Positions 39,499 through 50,152 of a stretch of DNA of 64,000 nt are shown one piece after another. The DNA is taken from contig NZ_JBALDU010000068.1 of NCBI RefSeq assembly GCF_036917235.1, positions 3,953 to 67,952 of the forward strand. Direction: 5' to 3'. This DNA comes from Nostoc sp. GTDB taxonomy: Bacteria; Cyanobacteriota; Cyanobacteriia; Cyanobacteriales; Nostocaceae. How positions within the stretch are numbered: the stretch's first letter is position 1; each line of letters opens with the position of its first letter. Both the position numbers and the translations under genes were made by a program. Below the pieces are notes generated by a model. That model made no database searches and had not been told where the DNA came from. It was given only the letters and a program-made list of their open reading frames with translations.

Positions 39499-40734
39499 CT
39501 ATTTAAATAAAGACGAAAAGCTCAAAGCATTTTGAGGTAAAAATCGGTAGTTCCAGTCATCATTAAATTCAGGCTTTTTTAAATGGACTTTTGACAATTG
39601 GTTGTCAGTGACGTTCATGTCGATCTGATACTTATTTTCATTAGATGGATTTCTAATTATCAGTTCTTTATTGGTAGTAGTAGTACTTATTAAATTAATT
39701 GCTACTCCTTTAATGGTTAGTGGTCTACCTCTCCAGTTTTCTGTAATCAGACAGAACATACGATGTTCTATGTTGTTCCACTTACTTGTACCAGCCGGAA
39801 AATGTGCAAACTGAATGATAAGTCGAATTTCGTTAGCAAGCTTTTGAAGTTGGGTTTTCCATAACCCATCAGGCTCACTACAGTCTGCTGTAATCAACAA
39901 TTCTGTAGAATTATTGTAAATTTTTTTACCCATATCTTGCCACCATCGACGAATTGACTCAACAGTAACCTCTGCGGTGTTATTGTTAATGCCCACATTT
40001 ACCCACTCCTGACTTGTAGTCAAATCATAAACTTCACACGGAAGAGCATTTAAAAGTTCTTGTTCGGGAAAATAATTAGTTTTAGGGTTGACAAATTGTT
40101 TTTTTGATTGGCATTTTTCTACATCATTTTTATAGTTTCCAAGAGCTTCTTTTTTCTTGATATCAAGTGAAATTATAAGTTGACCACGGGCTTGAAAATT
40201 TTGCACTTGATCGTGGATACGTTGAAATTGAACATCCCGATTGCAGTTAGAGTCTCCTTCTTTAGTTTTACGGTTGTTTTGTAGGCTGTAACCCAGTTGA
40301 TACAATAAGGAAGCAACTTTTCTTGGACTGATGATATGACCCTTAGCTTGCAATTTTTGAGCTATTTTTGTGCTGCTTTCACAAGTCCAACGTAGAGGTG
40401 AGTCTGAATTGACACAATTCACCGGTTGAATTAATGCCTCCAGGTCTGGAATTAAGGTTTGGTCGGTGTCTAAAAGACGTTTTCTACCGCCTCCTTTACA
40501 TCGAGTTTTCTCCTGAAATTGGGTGTGTTTGATTTGAGTATCTGGCTCAATTTCGAGTTCACGGATTCCAACCCGAATCGTTTTTGGTGACAGACCAGTT
40601 GCTTGAGAAACTTGCGTAATTCCACCTCTACCGAATGCAATAGCCTCTGCGGCAGCCCACAGACGTAGCGATCTCTCGTTCAGATGAGGATAAAGGGAAT
40701 CAAACTTAGCTTTGAGAAACTCTCTTGCTGACAT
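39499..40734 (-). CDS. Divergent ISAzo13-family (Rhodopirellula-type DDE) transposase
   Basis: LNERSLRLWAAAEA, GGGRK, PLRWT, IRRWW, HFPAGTSKWNNIEHRMF, NWRGRPL. Confidence 0.85.
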   Translation of the reverse strand: MSAREFLKAKFDSLYPHLNERSLRLWAAAEAIAFGRGGITQVSQATGLSPKTIRVGIRELEIEPDTQIKHTQFQEKTRCKGGGRKRLLDTDQTLIPDLEALIQPVNCVNSDSPLRWTCESSTKIAQKLQAKGHIISPRKVASLLYQLGYSLQNNRKTKEGDSNCNRDVQFQRIHDQVQNFQARGQLIISLDIKKKEALGNYKNDVEKCQSKKQFVNPKTNYFPEQELLNALPCEVYDLTTSQEWVNVGINNNTAEVTVESIRRWWQDMGKKIYNNSTELLITADCSEPDGLWKTQLQKLANEIRLIIQFAHFPAGTSKWNNIEHRMFCLITENWRGRPLTIKGVAINLISTTTTNKELIIRNPSNENKYQIDMNVTDNQLSKVHLKKPEFNDDWNYRFLPQNALSFSSLFK

Positions 40735-40983
40735 ACAGCAATCCTAATATCTTAAACAGCTACAAACTTATCAGATATTGTTTAAGATATTATGCAAGTT
40801 TCGTCAGTAATAGGTTAAGGAAATCACTCCTTTTAAAAGGTATTGGTCAAAATTATTTACTTATCGGGAGAGAAAAATATAAGCCTTAAAGTTTCGTACT
40901 TGTTTGACTATTTGGTAGTAGGTGTCAGATTAAAAAATAAGAATTCGATATTTTTATTTATTCGCATTAACCACCCAGCCTTT

Positions 40984-41509
40984 TTAAACGTGTTGGGAAA
41001 GGTATTCGTGGGAGGTTATGATGCTAACAGATGTAGGACGCTCGGCGATCGCTAATTCTTGCACTTGAGTTGGTCGAGTCGGGTTGCTCAAGTCAAACAC
41101 TAAAAGGCGTTTCCCATGCTTGAGATGGGCAAAGGTTTGACTTTGCCAATCCCCTAGCGGTCTTTGCTGAAAAGTTTCAACCACTAATGCATAACGACCA
41201 TCGGGTGTAACCGCTACTGCCGCAGGTGGTCCAGCGACACAATTACCAATTACTCACCTCAGTTTCGTAAGCACGTAAGTCTCGAATCTGTTTCCCTGTC
41301 AGAGGAATTACACTTATACCATCCTTCCCTTCACGAGATCCAAGTTTTCCATCTACGTAGGCAGAAGCCAGCATATCTGCATCTGATACCGAAACAAGAT
41401 AACGACCCTGAAAATCTCCAGGGGCAGACCGATCCCAGGTTTGAGCAATTGTCTTTGCAGATATGCCCATCAAAGTTGCCAGCACTAAGGCAAAGATTTT
41501 CAGGTTCAT
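40984..41509 (-). pseudogene. Secreted beta-propeller (lactonase-like) protein, frameshifted and truncated
   Basis: Signal peptide; GTAATTG duplication shifts frame; removal restores EVSNCVAGPPAAVAVTPDGRYALVVE. Confidence 0.7.
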
Positions 41510-41659
41510 AGTCGGTGCAATTTGATGATTGAAATTCTGATAAAATTAACGTAGCTAAAAACACGCGTGATATTAAATTCTTTCCGTGACTCTTCGCGCT
41601 GACTTGACTGCTGGGGTATTCTGAATTCTGTCTTCAGCAGGACTTCTCATATTGCAAAA

Positions 41660-42706
41660 TCATGAGGCTGAACGGCTCCCTCCGGGCGATCGTTCTTTAG
41701 CTTGGTAATCCAGCATCCATTGGGGATACTCCACGGGTAAACGACTTGACTCATCAATCGCAGAGAGTTCGTCATCTGTGAACGTTAATTCAGCAGCCAT
41801 CAAGTTATCCCGTAACTGTTCTACAGACTTTGCACCAATGAGGACGCTTGTGACGTAGTTACGACTGAGTAGCCATGCCAGGGCGATTCGAGCAATGGAG
41901 CAATTGTGGTTTTGGGCGATCGGCTGTAAAGCATCAATAATTTTGTATGTTCGTTCTAAATCAACCGGAGGAAAGTCAAATGTAGTGCGTCTAGCACCTG
42001 TGGGATTGTCTTTCTCGCGTTCAAATTTGCCACTTAGTAAACCACCCGCTAAGGGACTCCAGGGTAAAATGCTCAACCGTTGATCTTGAGCCAGGGGAAT
42101 AATCTCGCGCTCTAAATCACGACCGGCTAAAGAATAGTATGCTTGTACCGACTCGAAGCGATGCCATTGGTATTTATCTGCGATCGCTAATGCCTTCATA
42201 ATCTGCCAGGCAGAAAAGTTGCATAATCCGATATAACGCACTTTACCAGCGGTAATTACATCATCTAGAACACTTAGAGTTTCTTCAATTGGAGTCAGTA
42301 GATCGAAACCATGAACCTGGTAAAGGTCAATGTAGTCTACTTGAAGACGTTTCAAGCTGCGATCAACTCCATTCAAAATATGATGGCGAGATAATCCAAT
42401 TTGATTTGGGGTGTTTCCTTTTCCTACTCGCTCACGTACTTTTGTGGCAATCACGACTTCATCACGAGGCAATCCCAACTGCTGAAGTGCCTTTCCTAAG
42501 ATGACTTCAGACTGCCCCTCTGAATAGACATCTGCCGTGTCAAAAAAGTTCACGCCTCCATCGAAAGCAGCGTTAACGAGTTCTGTTGCGGCATCAATGC
42601 CCAATTCGCCGATAACTTTCCAGAAACCATCGCCCCCGAAGGTCATAGTGCCAAGGCAGATTTCAGAGACATATAAACCCGTCTGTCCCAGTAATCGATA
42701 TTGCAT
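41660..42706 (-). CDS. Aldo/keto reductase
   Basis: CLGTMTFG, FFDTADVYS, ATKV, DLYQVHG, WSPLAGG. Confidence 0.93.
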   Translation of the reverse strand: MQYRLLGQTGLYVSEICLGTMTFGGDGFWKVIGELGIDAATELVNAAFDGGVNFFDTADVYSEGQSEVILGKALQQLGLPRDEVVIATKVRERVGKGNTPNQIGLSRHHILNGVDRSLKRLQVDYIDLYQVHGFDLLTPIEETLSVLDDVITAGKVRYIGLCNFSAWQIMKALAIADKYQWHRFESVQAYYSLAGRDLEREIIPLAQDQRLSILPWSPLAGGLLSGKFEREKDNPTGARRTTFDFPPVDLERTYKIIDALQPIAQNHNCSIARIALAWLLSRNYVTSVLIGAKSVEQLRDNLMAAELTFTDDELSAIDESSRLPVEYPQWMLDYQAKERSPGGSRSAS

Positions 42707-42739
42707 TTATGTGACTCTCAACTAAACAAAATCAAAGAC

Positions 42740-43453
42740 CTACACATAGCGATGGCCACCATCAACATGAATGACTTCGCCGGTAATGGAGGGATTGGTC
42801 ATCAGAAAAATCACGCTGCTGGCGACTTCTTCAGCCGTTGCTAAACGCCCAGTCAGAATCTTTGAGGCAACCTCTTGGAAAGCTCCTTGCTTGGCTTCGC
42901 CAAAAATTGCATCCCACATAGGAGTGTCAGTCCAACCAGGGGAAACAGCATTGACACGAATGGGGGTTAATTCGATTGCCAAAGCACGTGACATTTGTTC
43001 AGCTGCCGCAGTTGCAACCGCAGTTGCCCAGGCACCCGCAACTGGGCGAGCGGTGGATAAACCACCAGTGAGCGTTATTGAGCCGCCAGAAAACATTTTT
43101 GGCACAGCTGCTCGAATGACATAAACACTTCCCCAAACACGGCTTTCAATGGCAGGGCGAAATTGCTCAACAGAGCCGTCTAGAATCTTTCCACCGAAAA
43201 AACTACCGGCTGCGATGTAAACGTGGTCAACCTGTCCCGTTGTGGTAAACAAACGGTCTACTGCGGCTTCATCGGTAATGTCTACTATCGCAGTGTAAAC
43301 CTTTCCTAGTCGCTCAGATGCTTCTTCCAACTTGCTTAATGAGCGGCTGGCAATTGTTACATCTGCACCTAGCTGTTTTGCTAGTCGCGCAGTCTCATAG
43401 CCAATCCCCTGGCTACCACCAACCACAACCACATGTTTTCCTTCTAGTTGCAT
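42740..43453 (-). CDS. Short-chain dehydrogenase (atypical, no YxxxK)
   Basis: GGSQGIG, RVNAVSPG, VDGG; TAVATAAAE in place of the catalytic motif. Confidence 0.88.
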   Translation of the reverse strand: MQLEGKHVVVVGGSQGIGYETARLAKQLGADVTIASRSLSKLEEASERLGKVYTAIVDITDEAAVDRLFTTTGQVDHVYIAAGSFFGGKILDGSVEQFRPAIESRVWGSVYVIRAAVPKMFSGGSITLTGGLSTARPVAGAWATAVATAAAEQMSRALAIELTPIRVNAVSPGWTDTPMWDAIFGEAKQGAFQEVASKILTGRLATAEEVASSVIFLMTNPSITGEVIHVDGGHRYV

Positions 43454-43525
43454 TACTTAAATCTCAATCCTTCTAGTAATTATGTTTGAACAAACACTCA
43501 TTGACCACATCCAGTGCTGAGTAAA

Positions 43526-44187
43526 TTAAAAGTTACTCAGTTCTTGCGTCTTTGCTTCCAGCAGTCCCGCTAGAGTTTGATGAAAACTCTTTCGCTGGCT
43601 GAGAGTATCTAACCACGCTGCTGTTTTGGGTCTAGCTTTAACCAGTGCCGATCCTTCCTTCGTCATATTGACGTAGTACACCATTGACCCAACTATGATG
43701 TCAGCCAAGCTCAACGCATCACCCACAATAATGATGTTGTCAGTTCACGTTCGAGGATATCTAAATGCTGACTGGTTATGTTTGCTGACTCTGCAATCAG
43801 AACTTCATCACTTACCCCACCCATAATGGGAGTCATAATTCGCTGCAAGAATAGTTGCATTACACCGACTGGATATAAATAATTTGCCGCAATGCCAATC
43901 CATTTCCGCACCTGGGCGCGTGCTTTTGGATCAACTGGCTGTAAAGACGGCCCAGCGAATGCTTCATCAACGTAGCCTAAAATTGCTGGAGTTTCGTACA
44001 GAATGAAATCTCCTTGCTCCAATACTGGCATCTTCCGAAACGGGTTGAGCTTTGCGTATTCGTCCGTCCCTAAGTAGTCAAACCCAATTTCGTTGAAATG
44101 GTAGTCAACTCCTTTCTCGATTAAGGCAATGCGCGCAGAGCGGACATTAGGACTCACTGGAAAGCCGTGTACAACTAAATTGGACAT
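43526..44187 (-). pseudogene. Glutathione S-transferase, 1-nt frameshift near 43725
   Basis: NPFRKMPVL, YETPAILGY N-domain; GDALSLADI C-domain in another frame. Confidence 0.82.
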
Positions 44188-44294
44188 CTGGTTTACTCCT
44201 GAGCTATTAACGGCGTTTCTTGAACGCTCATTCAATTTGAATACTCATTCAAAATAAAACCAAAAAAAATAATTGTCAAGAGACAAAAGCAAAA

Positions 44295-44873
44295 TTAATT
44301 TATTTGAAGCAGTGTGCCCGCTCCTGCTGCAATACTGTTAAGCGTTTGAGCATCGCGTCGGATTCGTCCAACTGCTAACATCCCTATAACTAATCCCAGC
44401 AATGCTTTAGCATTCGTCTCGATCGCAAATGAGTTCGGTAAATCTCCATCTTGAATTGCCTGAGCCAGATTTTGCCGAAAGAATGACTCAATCTCATCTA
44501 AACGATCTTCAATAATGGCGATCGTGCTAGGTGAATGCGATTCGCGCTCTATTGCCGTGTTAATAATCAAACAACCCTTCTGTTTCGAGTCGTTAATCAT
44601 CGCTTTAGCCAAATGTTCAAACCATTGTTGAATACATTCCAAGGGAGCACAATGGCGTGGCATAGAAGCCCGAAAGAATTCTTGCGTGTATTTTTTGAAG
44701 GCTTGCTGAAACAACTTCTCTTTGTCACCAAAGGCAGAATATAAGCTTCCAGGCTGTATTCGTGTTGCTTGCACAATATCTTTCATGGAAGTGTTGGCAT
44801 AACCACGTTGCCAGAACAAATCCATAATAATCGTTAAAACTTCGTCCTTATCAAACTCTCGTTGCCGAACCAC
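44295..44873 (-). CDS. TetR/AcrR family regulator
   Basis: FWQRGY..TSM.....GSLYSAFGDKE HTH; GCLIIN. Confidence 0.92.
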   Translation of the reverse strand: MVRQREFDKDEVLTIIMDLFWQRGYANTSMKDIVQATRIQPGSLYSAFGDKEKLFQQAFKKYTQEFFRASMPRHCAPLECIQQWFEHLAKAMINDSKQKGCLIINTAIERESHSPSTIAIIEDRLDEIESFFRQNLAQAIQDGDLPNSFAIETNAKALLGLVIGMLAVGRIRRDAQTLNSIAAGAGTLLQIN

Positions 44874-44989
44874 GAATTAATTAATATCTTTTAGTTGGAT
44901 GTATTTGTCAAGTATACATATTTTTGAATACTTGATCAATATTATGCTGGTAGCGATCGCTTGCGCTTCTCTTGAGTTTGGGTATTTTT

Positions 44990-45120
44990 GTGCATATCCC
45001 ATTTGAACCAGTTCCACGGGAATATTACCTTCAAGATGCAACTTTAGAGGCGATCGCTGATTGCCTTAGCAAGCAACCAAATCGAGGAGTTATTGTTGCG
45101 ATCGATGAATTGGCAGGATT
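44990..45120 (+). pseudogene. DUF3987-like (primase-associated helicase) fragment
   Basis: QDATLEAIA.....NRGVIVAIDELAGF motif only. Confidence 0.55.
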
Positions 45121-45400
45121 TTCCTGTAACTCAGTCAAAACCTTACGCAGTGTAGGCAGGGAACGAGACAATCTATCAAGACGGGTAATAATAACTCGCT
45201 TAACTAACCCACCTCGAACCCACTGCATAAGTTGCTGAAAATTAGAACGTTGGTCTTCTTTGCCCTCACGCCCAGATTCCGTGTCAGCTAATACAAGCTC
45301 TGCTCCTGCTGCCTTCAGACGAGCTATCTGCCGATCTAACGCCGCCGAATTTTCTGCCTGTTCTCTAGACGAAACACGGGCATAGGCAATCACTTCGGGA
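45121..45400 (-). pseudogene. Truncated large serine recombinase (XisF-like) catalytic domain
   Basis: YARVSSREQ, ESG, R..F, ITRLDRLSRS; sequence breaks off at about 45120. Confidence 0.8.
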
Positions 45401-45403
45401 ATT

Positions 45404-45901
45404 TTAACAATTTTTTCCTGACTGTTCACAAGCACCAATACTTACCCAAGTACTAGATAGTTTACCATCTAGTTCGCTATACCACTCTTTTTTCCATATA
45501 GGGGCATTGTGTTTGAGCGTATCAATAGCATATTGGCAAGCTTCAAACGCCTCACCTCGATGAGGAGAACCCACAGCCACTAAAACGCTGATTTCCCCAA
45601 CTTGCAAACGTCCAACACGATGATAAATCGCAACTCGATTCACATCAGACATAGATAAGCGAATATCAGCAGCAATTTGATAAAATATCCGCAACGCCAT
45701 CGGTTCATAAGCTTGATACTCTAGAGCAATCACAGGTTTACCATCGGTTTGATTGCGAACCATACCACTCATCACAACCACAGCACCATTGGCTGGATCG
45801 TCAGATTTGGCGTAGATTTCTTCCACAGATAATGGTGCAAAGGTAATGGCAAAACTATCTTCGGCTCTTGGTTTAACAGCAGAGGTAAGTGTGGTTGTCA
45901 T
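45404..45901 (-). CDS. moaE: Molybdopterin synthase catalytic subunit
   Basis: GMVRN, LEYQAY, HRVGRL, HRGEAF, LKHNAPIWKKE. Confidence 0.95.
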   Translation of the reverse strand: MTTTLTSAVKPRAEDSFAITFAPLSVEEIYAKSDDPANGAVVVMSGMVRNQTDGKPVIALEYQAYEPMALRIFYQIAADIRLSMSDVNRVAIYHRVGRLQVGEISVLVAVGSPHRGEAFEACQYAIDTLKHNAPIWKKEWYSELDGKLSSTWVSIGACEQSGKNC

Positions 45902-46130
45902 AACTGCGTTGATATTATATGGGTTTTTTCTATTGTCTCTGAAGAAAGCATTACTAGTCTATGTTGAGTGGCTTTAGTTAATGCTTGTGGGCAAAAGAGG
46001 ATTTTTGAAGTTGATAAATTTTGTTGCTTATCAGGATAGCAATTAAGAAAACGGCTGAATATACAGCCTTTTTATCTAAACCTTATACAACACAAGAATT
46101 ATTGAAAACCCTAAATGCAGTTATTAGTCA

Positions 46131-46547
46131 TTAATCTGCATTATCTAGACGATCGCAGTCATATCTACCTTTAATCTCTTGATTGAAAAAGCTGCCAATT
46201 GAGTCAGAGGAATGTAAATCTTCCCAAGTATCCTCGTCTACGCCTAAATACTGATAAACCGCTCCACTTTGAAACTCAACTTGCAAAATCTGTTCGTTGC
46301 GATCGTAGCCTACAGCCATCGCCATTGATGAGACAACTGGTAGCATGACAATTGGTTCTTCTTCAAAGGGTAATGCAGTTGTTTCGGCGATCGCTTCGTT
46401 GAGTTCTTGCAATCCTTCATAGGCTTGTATCGGTGCCGGAATTTCCAAAAACTCTAGTTCGTTGCCTCGGTCGAGCAACAACTGCAAATATCCATCAGAA
46501 TGAGCGATCGCTACTAAACTGCTCAAGTCTACCTTAGATAGCTTCAT
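46131..46547 (-). CDS. KTSC domain protein
   Basis: VSSMAMAVGYD....LQVEFQSGAVYQY..V....S.G.FFNQEIK. Confidence 0.88.
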   Translation of the reverse strand: MKLSKVDLSSLVAIAHSDGYLQLLLDRGNELEFLEIPAPIQAYEGLQELNEAIAETTALPFEEEPIVMLPVVSSMAMAVGYDRNEQILQVEFQSGAVYQYLGVDEDTWEDLHSSDSIGSFFNQEIKGRYDCDRLDNAD

Positions 46548-47062
46548 TTATTTTCTACTCTCCTATTAGCGTAGTCGGGAGTGGTAAAGTTTTATGCAAT
46601 ATCAAGCGCTTTATAGTACATTTATACTAAATAATCACTTAAGTGTCAAGTTTTTCCTTCCAAGAGAGAATTTTAGGGATGTAGAGACGCTTTAGCAAAG
46701 CAGCACGCAGTGTTTTTCTCTGACATTTGGGGAAATACTTGTGATTAGGCTTGGGTGAATGAGCGTATTTGAGTCACCTGCCGCAGCAATCTCTGCTTTG
46801 TTAAGGGAACTCAACAGGCGAATTAAAAAATTGCATAAATGTTGAACTCGCCTCAGTTAAGTACTTAAAAATTTCAACCAATCTTTGTTCTCTCTAGACT
46901 TAACTGAGTCTCTATTGCTGTTTGTATCACTCAATTAGCTCACCCTTTTGGGTGAGTCATATATCAACCGATCAGGTGAACTGACTGAAGGAAGCTGAGA
47001 TTAATAATAAAGAGGATTCTATTACTAAAGAACACCGATTGCATTTTACCTAAATATAATTT

Positions 47063-47479
47063 ATGAAACTGGCTACCTTAATAAATTCTGCACTTATTTT
47101 TGCTTCTATTACCCTTATCCCTGGAATTGCTGGCGCTCAAACAGCTACTACCAACAACAGTGAAACAATAGCTGTTAACTCTAACAATTTATCCACTAAT
47201 TCGACTTATGCAAATTACCTCCAGCCTTTAAATCTAGTCACTTTTGCTTATCAAGGAGGCCTGCAACAACACGGTATTCCTAGCGGAGAAGCGCTAGTAC
47301 TTAAAACTCAAAATAGAAATATTCTTGCGAAAGATTTGGTGAAAGCTGCTGTGAATGCAGATAAATTACCATCACAAGTTTTAAACGATCAAAATTATTT
47401 AAGTGCTGTTAATTTAGAACTCAACGTATTGCCAGATTATGCTGCTCTGATTAATTTGGTTGTTTCTTACATCTTTTAA
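47063..47479 (+). CDS. Conserved hypothetical secreted protein
   Basis: Signal peptide; LVTFAYQG...GIPS motif. Confidence 0.7.
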   Translation: MKLATLINSALIFASITLIPGIAGAQTATTNNSETIAVNSNNLSTNSTYANYLQPLNLVTFAYQGGLQQHGIPSGEALVLKTQNRNILAKDLVKAAVNADKLPSQVLNDQNYLSAVNLELNVLPDYAALINLVVSYIF

Positions 47480-47691
47480 GTAAGTTTTTCAGTATGGTAT
47501 ATTTATATGCTTGTTACTAAGGATAAATAAGAACCTTTTATACACAGCGATCGCTGTGTATTAAAAGTATATAAGAAAGCTTGATATTGAAAAATAATTT
47601 CTAAATTTTGACATAAGTTGCATTTATCCTGTGCTAAAGCTATAGAAAATTGTATAATCGACAGCTTATCGAGCAAAAATTTCTATAGAGA

Positions 47692-48636
47692 ATGACAGAA
47701 GTAATAAGATCCGGGGGCCTAAATAATATTGAGTCCATTGAGTTTGAAGAGCAGTGCTTAGAAAAAGCCAGAGAAACAGGCGATCGCAATGGGGAAGTCA
47801 TTTCTTTGGCAAGTTTGGGCAATGCTTACCAGTCACTAGGTGAGTACCACCTAGCAATTGAGTTTTATCAGCAGTGGTTAGATATAGCTAAAGAAATAGG
47901 CGATCGCTTAGAAGAAGCCAAATCTTTATCTGGGTTGGGTAACGCTTACCAATCACTGGGAAAATACCAGCGAGCGATTGAATTTTATCACCAGTGGTTG
48001 AGTATTACCAGGAAAATAGGCGATCGCACTGGGGAAGGTATTTGCTTGGGAAGTTTAGGGAATACTTATGAATACTTGGGTAAGTACGAGCAAGCGATTG
48101 AATTCTATCACCAGTGGTTGAGTATTACCAAGAAAACAGGCGATTGGACTGGGGAATGCATAAGCCTGGGAAGTTTGGGCAATACTTATGAATCATTGGG
48201 ATCTTACCAACTAGCAATTGAGTTTTACCAACAATGGTTAGGGCTGGCAAAATTCATTAGCGATCGCAATGGCCAAAGCATGGCCTTGAGTGGATTGGGC
48301 AGTGCTTATAAAGCTTTAGGAAAGTACCAAAGGGCGTTGGAGTTCTATCAGCATTCATTAGAGATCAGAAGGGATCTTAATGATCCAAATGGGGAAGCAA
48401 ATGGCTGGTTTAATTTGGGTTTGGTATTAGAAAAAATCAATCGAGAATCAGAAGCGATGGATGCCTTTTGCAATGCTCGTGAAATTTATCATGCAATGGG
48501 ACTCGATGCCAGCCTGCAAGATTGTAACCATGCCATTGAGTTTCTTTCTCAAAATGTTGCAAGCGCACCATCTACTTTCTGGTTGAGCAGATGGTTAAGT
48601 CATTTGTCGCAGTCGATCAAAACTGGTTCTAAATAA
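47692..48636 (+). CDS. Tetratricopeptide repeat protein
   Basis: Repeated SLGNxYxxLGxYxxAIEFY units. Confidence 0.92.
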   Translation: MTEVIRSGGLNNIESIEFEEQCLEKARETGDRNGEVISLASLGNAYQSLGEYHLAIEFYQQWLDIAKEIGDRLEEAKSLSGLGNAYQSLGKYQRAIEFYHQWLSITRKIGDRTGEGICLGSLGNTYEYLGKYEQAIEFYHQWLSITKKTGDWTGECISLGSLGNTYESLGSYQLAIEFYQQWLGLAKFISDRNGQSMALSGLGSAYKALGKYQRALEFYQHSLEIRRDLNDPNGEANGWFNLGLVLEKINRESEAMDAFCNAREIYHAMGLDASLQDCNHAIEFLSQNVASAPSTFWLSRWLSHLSQSIKTGSK

Positions 48637-48676
48637 AGAGTGCTGAGTTTCGAGTTAAAAAACCCCTTTAATTCAC

Positions 48677-49252
48677 TCAGGACTCACCAGGATACTTATT
48701 GAATAATGCAACTGAGTTCTTGCGATCGAAGGAAAGCACAGAAAACGGATCTTTTCGATTCCCCATTTCCATCCCAGGAGTGCCTACAGGCATTTGAGGA
48801 ACAGATAAACCAACAACATTTGGCTTTTCTTGAAGTAGACGTTTGATGTCGTCTGCTGGAACGTGTCCTTCGATGACATATCCATTAACAATTGCTGTGT
48901 GGCAAGATGACAAGTTATCCGGCACGTTGTATTTTTGTTTGACTGTTTCGATGTCAGTTGTTGAAAAATCTGTGACTTTAAAACCCTGTGTCTTTAAGTG
49001 CTGAATCCACCCGCCACAACAGTTACAATCGGGACTGTAATATACAGTAGCATTTAGCACTGTTGATTTTGATAGTGTCTGTTGCTCTTGGATGTGCCTA
49101 GTGCTAAAAACAGCTTGAGCATGACTCATAGGAGCAGTGCTTCCCAAGATGCTCAACATCCCTAATGTTAGAACTACTATTTGCACAGTAGCAGGCATCA
49201 AGATGGGAAGTAACCATTTTTGCCAGCAATAAATCAATTGTTTGTGCGACAT
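48677..49252 (-). CDS. DUF411 metal-binding protein
   Basis: CNCCGGW, SCHTA, EGHVPA, VPQMPVGTPGME. Confidence 0.9.
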   Translation of the reverse strand: MSHKQLIYCWQKWLLPILMPATVQIVVLTLGMLSILGSTAPMSHAQAVFSTRHIQEQQTLSKSTVLNATVYYSPDCNCCGGWIQHLKTQGFKVTDFSTTDIETVKQKYNVPDNLSSCHTAIVNGYVIEGHVPADDIKRLLQEKPNVVGLSVPQMPVGTPGMEMGNRKDPFSVLSFDRKNSVALFNKYPGES

Positions 49253-49502
49253 CTGATACTTCCTAAATACAACATTGCTTCCAAAATACTCTGCGCTCCT
49301 GTGCGTTTAGAAATACTACGATTTTACATAAAAGAGATATGAGTAAAATTAAATATGTGTTATCCATAACCCTTGTAGAAATATAGCGGTGCTACGTCTC
49401 TACATTCATTTTTGCTCATACCTCTAAAACTGTACTATATCCTATAAAGCAAAAGCGATTCCTTATTAGTCATCATATTTTCATGAAAACAAATAGAGCG
49501 AT

Positions 49503-49523
49503 GTCTATGGCGGGCTACGCCTA
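49503..49523 (-). mobile_element. 21-nt SDR5-like element in HIP1 site
   Basis: GCGAT^GTCTATGGCGGGCTACGCCTA^CGC. Confidence 0.85.
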
Positions 49524-49708
49524 CGCTTTTATTGAGGCGATCGTCTTATGATTGATATTTTGGTGGCTAGTCACTTTAAATACTGTTCGGTTAAGAGATG
49601 CGATGAATCGCCGTCTCTACAATAATCAGTCTACAAGTCTGAAATAATTCGTAATTCAATTGTTAATTACGAATTACGAATTATTTATTACTTAAAGACG
49701 TGATGGTG

Positions 49709-50152
49709 TTAAAAACTAATTGTTTGTGGCTTGAAGCTCGACACACTATCCCAATAATTAACCTGGTTAATATTCACCTTCAACAAAGCAATATCAGGTT
49801 CGTCCAGTCCTTTCGGAAACCAGGTTTGAAGTTCCGGCTTCCATAGCTCTCGCAACTTGTTGCGGTCTTTGACGAGTTGTGCTGTACCTGAGATAGAAAC
49901 GTATCGCTGCTGTTCTTGTGATGAGAAACTAATATTAACCTCCTCATGGTGTTCAATTTCAGTCACCTTATGGGAACCAGCATAAGTAAAAAACCAGAGT
50001 ATACTATCAGAGTTAATCTCACCACTCTTTGACATAGGGTAACTATGCAAGCTGCCATCATCATCGACTGTGGTAAACATACCATAATCAATATCTTTGA
50101 TTAGCTCATGCAGTTTTTTAATCTGTTGATCGCGGTCTGTAGAAGTTGTCAT
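49709..50152 (-). CDS. Pyridoxamine 5'-phosphate oxidase-like general stress protein
   Basis: MFTTVDDDGSLHSYPM, YVSISG, WFPKGLDEP. Confidence 0.88.
   Translation of the reverse strand: MTTSTDRDQQIKKLHELIKDIDYGMFTTVDDDGSLHSYPMSKSGEINSDSILWFFTYAGSHKVTEIEHHEEVNISFSSQEQQRYVSISGTAQLVKDRNKLRELWKPELQTWFPKGLDEPDIALLKVNINQVNYWDSVSSFKPQTISF

Noticed and set aside
44972-45238. 88-aa plus-strand ORF as an intact gene
   Set aside because: Chimera of a DUF3987 fragment and antisense recombinase sequence
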